Origin: an uncultured virus (IMG/VR IMGVR_UViG_3300030049_000016) | Lineage: Duplodnaviria; Heunggongvirae; Uroviricota; Caudoviricetes | DNA length: 20,000 nucleotides | Virus record (IMG/VR): IMGVR_UViG_3300030049_000016 | Strand: one strand, 5' to 3' | Shown here: in pieces, positions 15,864-20,000 of the stretch | Layout: the number at the start of each line of letters is the position of its first letter | Position numbering within the stretch: position 1 is the first letter of the stretch | Position numbers and translations under genes: made by a program | Notes under the pieces: model-generated | Database searches by the model: none | Seen by the model: only the letters and a program-made list of their open reading frames with translations | Told to the model about the DNA's origin: nothing

Positions 15864-17669
15864 ATGTCAACGAAAGATGAAAAGTTACATGTACTAACGT
15901 GCTGTTTTAACCCAGAGAATTATAAAGTTCGATATAAGTTGGATCATGACTTTACTGAATATCTTAAAGATTTCCCTAATGTTATTCATTATAAAATCGA
16001 ACTGGCATTTGGCGATCAGGAGTTTGTAACAACATCTATTGATAATCCTAACCATATGCAATTACGTACAAATACTATTCTCTGGTATAAAGAAAACTTG
16101 TTAGAAATTCTACGTAAATCAAAATTACCTAAGGATTGTAAGTTTGCATGGATGGATGCTGATATTACTTTTAGTAATGTCAATATCATTAATGATACAT
16201 TATCAGCACTTAATGAAAATAGCATTGTTCATATGTTTGATAAGAAGATTAATCTCGGTCCTGATGAAGAAGAACTTAATAGTAGTACTGGTAGTATTGC
16301 TAAGTATATTAACACTAGTAATTTCGGCGGCGCGTCTGGCTTAGCATGGGCAGCAAATAATGAATTTATTAATGCAATTGGTGGACTTATCGATTGGTGT
16401 ATTATTGGTTCTGCCGACTGGTGTATGTCAGCAGCTATGCTAGATTGTTTATCTGAATTGGAGTATGATAAATATAATGAATACACCAAACCACTACTTG
16501 ATGCATGGCATGCTAAATTACAGGAAAATGATATTGGTGTAGGATATGTGCATGGTATATGTTATCATCATTTTCATGGTCATAAGAAGGACCGTGGGTA
16601 TGATTGGCGACATAATATTCTTATGAAACATGAGTTTGACCCTAGTAATGATTTACTTTATTTAGATAATGGACTATTGGATATTAGTGTAAAGAAAATG
16701 GAATTACGTAATGAATTGCGCGAATACTTCCATAGTCGCCAAGAAGATAACGATGTCGAAAATATACTACATGTAGTAACTACGGTATTCAATCCATCTG
16801 GTTATAATAGTCGATATTTTCTATATAATCAGTTTAAACGATATATGGCTAAATTTAAGAATGTTGTTCTTTATACAGTTGAATTAACTATTGGTGATCA
16901 GCATCATGTTGTAACAGATAACTATAATCCGCGTCATTTACAACTACATACTAACAATGTGTTATGGTATAAAGAAAATCTTATTAATGAAGGTATTAAG
17001 AAACTAATTCCTGCTTCAGCTAAAAATATCGCATACTTTGATGCAGATATGGCGTATTATGATGATAATTGGCCTATGTACATTGTTGATAAACTGAAAG
17101 AGTGTGATGTTGTACAATGCTGGTCGTCTTTGGATTTCTTAGATGAAAATTATAATGTATATAAAACACGTAATAGTTTTATGTCAGATTATATGTCTGG
17201 TCTGCGTCCATCTTTGGATAATCCATTGGGTCCTCCTGGTCTAGCATGGGCAATGACACGCGAAGCTTATGACAAGATTGGGAGAATTTATGATAAAAAT
17301 ATTGTTGGTGCTAATGATAGGGATTTCTGCCATATTCTTGTTAATGAACATTACCGAATGCCAGAAACATTGAATGGATATGATGAACTTATGAGATATA
17401 ACAATATTGTACGTGCTGCTAATCTATCATACGGATATGTCGACTTGGTCGCAATGCATTATTTTCACGGACATACAAAAGACCGTGGATATGGTGTACG
17501 AGATTCCATCTTAAATGACATTGATATATCACAAGATCTTAGTTATGATGAGAATGGGCTTCTTCAGATAGTTAACAATAAAGACCATATCTACTTAAAA
17601 CTAAAGAAATACTTCGATTCTCGTAATGAAGATGTAGGACATGTGGTAAAAGACGCTGCTGCTGAATAA
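15864..17669 (+). CDS. Tandem two-domain GT-A-type glycosyltransferase-like protein (601 aa)
   Basis: Two roughly 300-aa repeats, each with 'LHV.T..FNP..Y..RY', 'LWYKENL', DxD ('DAD'), 'GLAWA', 'G..D', 'H.FHGH.KDRGY..R', 'YF.SR.ED'. Confidence 0.75.
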   Translation: MSTKDEKLHVLTCCFNPENYKVRYKLDHDFTEYLKDFPNVIHYKIELAFGDQEFVTTSIDNPNHMQLRTNTILWYKENLLEILRKSKLPKDCKFAWMDADITFSNVNIINDTLSALNENSIVHMFDKKINLGPDEEELNSSTGSIAKYINTSNFGGASGLAWAANNEFINAIGGLIDWCIIGSADWCMSAAMLDCLSELEYDKYNEYTKPLLDAWHAKLQENDIGVGYVHGICYHHFHGHKKDRGYDWRHNILMKHEFDPSNDLLYLDNGLLDISVKKMELRNELREYFHSRQEDNDVENILHVVTTVFNPSGYNSRYFLYNQFKRYMAKFKNVVLYTVELTIGDQHHVVTDNYNPRHLQLHTNNVLWYKENLINEGIKKLIPASAKNIAYFDADMAYYDDNWPMYIVDKLKECDVVQCWSSLDFLDENYNVYKTRNSFMSDYMSGLRPSLDNPLGPPGLAWAMTREAYDKIGRIYDKNIVGANDRDFCHILVNEHYRMPETLNGYDELMRYNNIVRAANLSYGYVDLVAMHYFHGHTKDRGYGVRDSILNDIDISQDLSYDENGLLQIVNNKDHIYLKLKKYFDSRNEDVGHVVKDAAAE

Positions 17670-17703
17670 ACTCATAGAGAATCAGAAGTTATCGCACGAA
17701 GTG

Positions 17704-17735
17704 TAAGAGACTGGTGCGTGCGCACCAGTCTCTTA
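17704..17735 (+). terminator. Hairpin terminator (32 bp, 2-nt centre)
   Basis: TAAGAGACTGGTGCG-TG-CGCACCAGTCTCTTA plus TTACATTTTATTT. Confidence 0.75.
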
Positions 17736-17772
17736 TTACATTTTATTTAAACATAAGATCATATAAATATGA

Positions 17773-17789
17773 ATAATAGACTCTATTAT
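17773..17789. promoter_or_regulatory. 8-1-8 inverted repeat, operator-like
   Basis: ATAATAGA-C-TCTATTAT, just upstream of the structured element. Confidence 0.35.
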
Positions 17790-17812
17790 AAAATTATTCT
17801 AAGATAGAAGTG

Positions 17813-17905
17813 TTCGATTGCACGTGCCTGGAAAACACGCGTCTCAGCAGTGATGTGGCAATTGGCCTACAACAAGCACATCATCTAACGTACCAGGCAA
17901 TCGAG
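17813..17905. ncRNA. Candidate structured RNA (multi-stem junction with pseudoknot), family not recognised
   Basis: TTCGATTG/CAATCGAG closing stem; CACGTG/CACGCG hairpin whose loop CCTGG complements CCAGG (17893-17897); TGATGTG/CACATCA stem; GC-richer than flanks. Confidence 0.55.
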
Positions 17906-17976
17906 TAGGTGCTCACCATAATGTTGAGATTTTGAGCACTCAACTTTTTGAAGAATTAAACCAGAAGGATCAAAAA

Positions 17977-19104
17977 ATGCAGATCAAAGAAGCAATACAT
18001 AATCTATTTTTCAATGTGTTGAAATTAAAAGAGAATGATACTTTATGGTTAGAATTTGATAATCCTTCTGTTGGTAGTCTTATGGTTAATACTATTAAAA
18101 ATTTTAAACAGAACACAAATTTTAAAGTAAATTATGTTGATGTACAAGCTGATATTCTTAGATTATCTATATCTAAAAGTAATATTGAAGAAAGAGAATT
18201 TGTCGATGAGATGATGCGTAAGATGAAATTGTGTAATAAATATATAAGATTTGTTGACGATGGTGCTATTAGTCATTTTTGTTCTTTATATGAACAGTTC
18301 GGTATTAAAGAACTTGTTGGTAAAAGAAGAATGTTAATGTCTGAAGTTACTCGATATAGAGTTAATAATCTCAAGTGGGTAGTCTCTGTAATTCCCTCTA
18401 TACCATTAGCAAATTTTTATAAATGTGATTTTGATGAATTTTCAAAGATGATTATTGATGGTATTAATTTGAATTATGCAGAACTTGAAAAGTATGCAAC
18501 TCCACTTATAGATATCTTAAATCAAAAAGGTAAAACTGTTCGTATATATAGCGATGCTCGATTTACTGATCTTACATTCAAGCTATCTGGAGCTGGCACT
18601 GAACTTTGTGCTGGTAAGATCAATATCCCAGACGGTGAAGTATTTACATCTCCTGAATTAAATAGTGTCAATGGTACAATTATGTTTGGCCCTAGTTACT
18701 ATAATGGAGAATTCTTTAAATATATTTATTGTGAATTTAAAGATGGTGTTTGTTATAAATCTCTTGCAGAAAGTGAAGAGCGTACAAATGCTTTAAATAA
18801 GATTCTAGATGTTGATCCTGGAGCAAGAAAAGTTGGTGAATTTGCACTTGGGTTAAATACTAAAATCACTAAGTCGACAGGATTTGTTTTGACTGATGAA
18901 AAAGTATTTGGATCTATACATCTTGCTTTAGGTAAAGCTTATGAAACTATGTCGGATAATGGGAATAGATTGGCCAATCATTGGGACCTTGTTCACAATC
19001 AACAATTAAGATATGGTGGCGGTGCCCTTTATATCGATGGTGTTCTTATAAGAAAAGATGGATTATTTGTTCCAGAAGAACTTACACCTCTAAATACTTT
19101 ATAA
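17977..19104 (+). CDS. Peptidase M29 family aminopeptidase (AmpS/AmpT-like)
   Basis: 'NIPDGEVFTSP', 'GEFALG', 'DEK..G..HLALG.AY', 'HWD' supply the E/E/E/H/H/D metal ligands and the Tyr; SD AAGGA favours ATG 17977. Confidence 0.9.
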   Translation: MQIKEAIHNLFFNVLKLKENDTLWLEFDNPSVGSLMVNTIKNFKQNTNFKVNYVDVQADILRLSISKSNIEEREFVDEMMRKMKLCNKYIRFVDDGAISHFCSLYEQFGIKELVGKRRMLMSEVTRYRVNNLKWVVSVIPSIPLANFYKCDFDEFSKMIIDGINLNYAELEKYATPLIDILNQKGKTVRIYSDARFTDLTFKLSGAGTELCAGKINIPDGEVFTSPELNSVNGTIMFGPSYYNGEFFKYIYCEFKDGVCYKSLAESEERTNALNKILDVDPGARKVGEFALGLNTKITKSTGFVLTDEKVFGSIHLALGKAYETMSDNGNRLANHWDLVHNQQLRYGGGALYIDGVLIRKDGLFVPEELTPLNTL

Positions 19105-19107
19105 TGA

Positions 19108-20000
19108 ATGGCTATTGTAGAGGTACCAACTAAAGATTTAATGGAACTTAGATTACATACACAAGTTATGATACATCCTGGCAATGCACTTGGTATTAAG
19201 AGTGGCGGAATAGCAGATGCTTTTGAAAAAGAATATCCTAATTCTTTTGATATGTATAAAACAGGTGGATTTGTAGAAGGTACTTTTAGAGTAGGAACCG
19301 TTCTTGAAACTATAGAGAAAAATCATGTTATTCTTCATCTCATTACGAAAAATCATTATGGCGATGTTATGTCATATGACGATCTTAGAGTGTGTCTTAA
19401 TAACTTAAAAGACTATTTGTTAGATAATTCATTTATAGATAGATCAAAATATGTTTGTTGTATTCCTATTCTCGGGTGTTATAATAATCAATTAGATACA
19501 GATACTGTTGTTAAAATGTATTATGATATTTTAGATGATATACCAAATATAATTCAATTATGTAGACAACCAGAAAGTTATAATAGATTTCCTCAATATC
19601 TTGGTCTTTGTGGTCATATACGATTTAATAATAAGAAACTATTAAAAGTTGAATTATCTACTTTTATAAATAATGTATTTCCTACAGCACTTAAAGCCAT
19701 AGTGATAACAGATACGAATAATGATTTTAATAGAACAGTCGAAGACGTTGTTGATGAACTTAATATAAAACTTATTAAAGTACCAACAGATTTTAAACAA
19801 TTTAAAAAGAATGGTTTTTATATTAGAAATTCTATTATGTTTAATATTTGTACAGCATTCTTATCTATTAATAAAAACAAATTCTATTCGTCTTTATCTT
19901 ACTTTTTAGAAGAGAAGGTTGTTAAGTATAATAGAAACTGTGATGATCTCAGAGTTATTAAAAAATATAATGAACCAGATCTTTTTGTTCCAGATAGAAA
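19108..20000 (+). CDS. TARG1/DarG-like macrodomain fused to a degenerate YspA/SLOG-like domain (3'-truncated, not in ORF track)
   Basis: Frame open from ATG 19108 to the window end. 'HPGNALG..SGGIA..F...YP', 'LHLITK', 'SYDDLR.CL', 'PILGC'; then 'LGLCGHIRF...IVI...P.DF..F.K.G..IRN..M'. Confidence 0.7.
   Translation, partial: MAIVEVPTKDLMELRLHTQVMIHPGNALGIKSGGIADAFEKEYPNSFDMYKTGGFVEGTFRVGTVLETIEKNHVILHLITKNHYGDVMSYDDLRVCLNNLKDYLLDNSFIDRSKYVCCIPILGCYNNQLDTDTVVKMYYDILDDIPNIIQLCRQPESYNRFPQYLGLCGHIRFNNKKLLKVELSTFINNVFPTALKAIVITDTNNDFNRTVEDVVDELNIKLIKVPTDFKQFKKNGFYIRNSIMFNICTAFLSINKNKFYSSLSYFLEEKVVKYNRNCDDLRVIKKYNEPDLFVPDR

Noticed and set aside
685..17735. Palindromes as a CRISPR array or integron attC sites
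   Set aside because: Not identical or regularly spaced; no RYYYAAC/GTTRRRY ends or extrahelical bases; no cas or integrase gene in the window
17825..17895. Resemblance to group I intron P/Q elements (GCCTGGAAA, TCAGCAG)
   Set aside because: No convincing R/S (P7) elements, too short, and no interrupted gene
17808..17905. tRNA-Ser(GGA)-like pieces (GTTCGATT T-loop-like, CTGGAAA anticodon-loop-like)
   Set aside because: Order is wrong (T-loop before anticodon), with no D-arm or acceptor stem; not a tRNA
17813..17905. Hammerhead, HDV/theta, pistol or TPP assignment (minus-strand CTGCTGAGA; plus-strand CTAA)
   Set aside because: Required core nucleotides and stem order could not be completed for any of them
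498..19356. Short overlapping or antisense ORFs in the track (e.g. 498-719, 933-1148, 4475-4750, 9477-9767, 10447-10797, 16229-16489, 19153-19356)
   Set aside because: Shadows of longer SD-led genes with no independent support
1..20000. Stop-codon reassignment
   Set aside because: Standard code gives dense, intact genes, and TAA, TAG and TGA all end genes immediately before the next SD or a hairpin
1..20000. Eukaryotic giant virus origin (BCS1-like, GT, 3' palindromes)
   Set aside because: Consistent Shine-Dalgarno sites, overlapping operonic genes and phiKZ-type promoter motifs favour a bacteriophage

Overview
AT-rich, gene-dense, mostly + strand window that reads as a phiKZ/AR9-like jumbo phage genome. 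Supporting this are AGGAG/GGAG Shine-Dalgarno sites, two genes at the left end recalled as phiKZ-type core genes, and nine copies of the early-promoter motif ATATATTA(C/T). Most of the window is an accessory early region built of repeated modules: long palindromic hairpin, T-tract, ATATATTAY promoter, then one to several genes, with base composition differing sharply between modules. Recognisable products are an Acb1/T4 57B-like 2H phosphoesterase, a RAMA-like domain protein, a class I SAM methyltransferase, a BCS1-like AAA ATPase, a tandem two-domain glycosyltransferase, an M29 aminopeptidase, and an uncalled TARG1/DarG-like macrodomain plus SLOG-like fusion running off the right end. The most unusual non-coding signals are a candidate pseudoknotted RNA with competing downstream hairpins before the aminopeptidase (17813-17949), and five loop-less perfect palindromes (three exactly 32 bp) between genes. 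All family calls come from motif recognition by eye; no searches were run.
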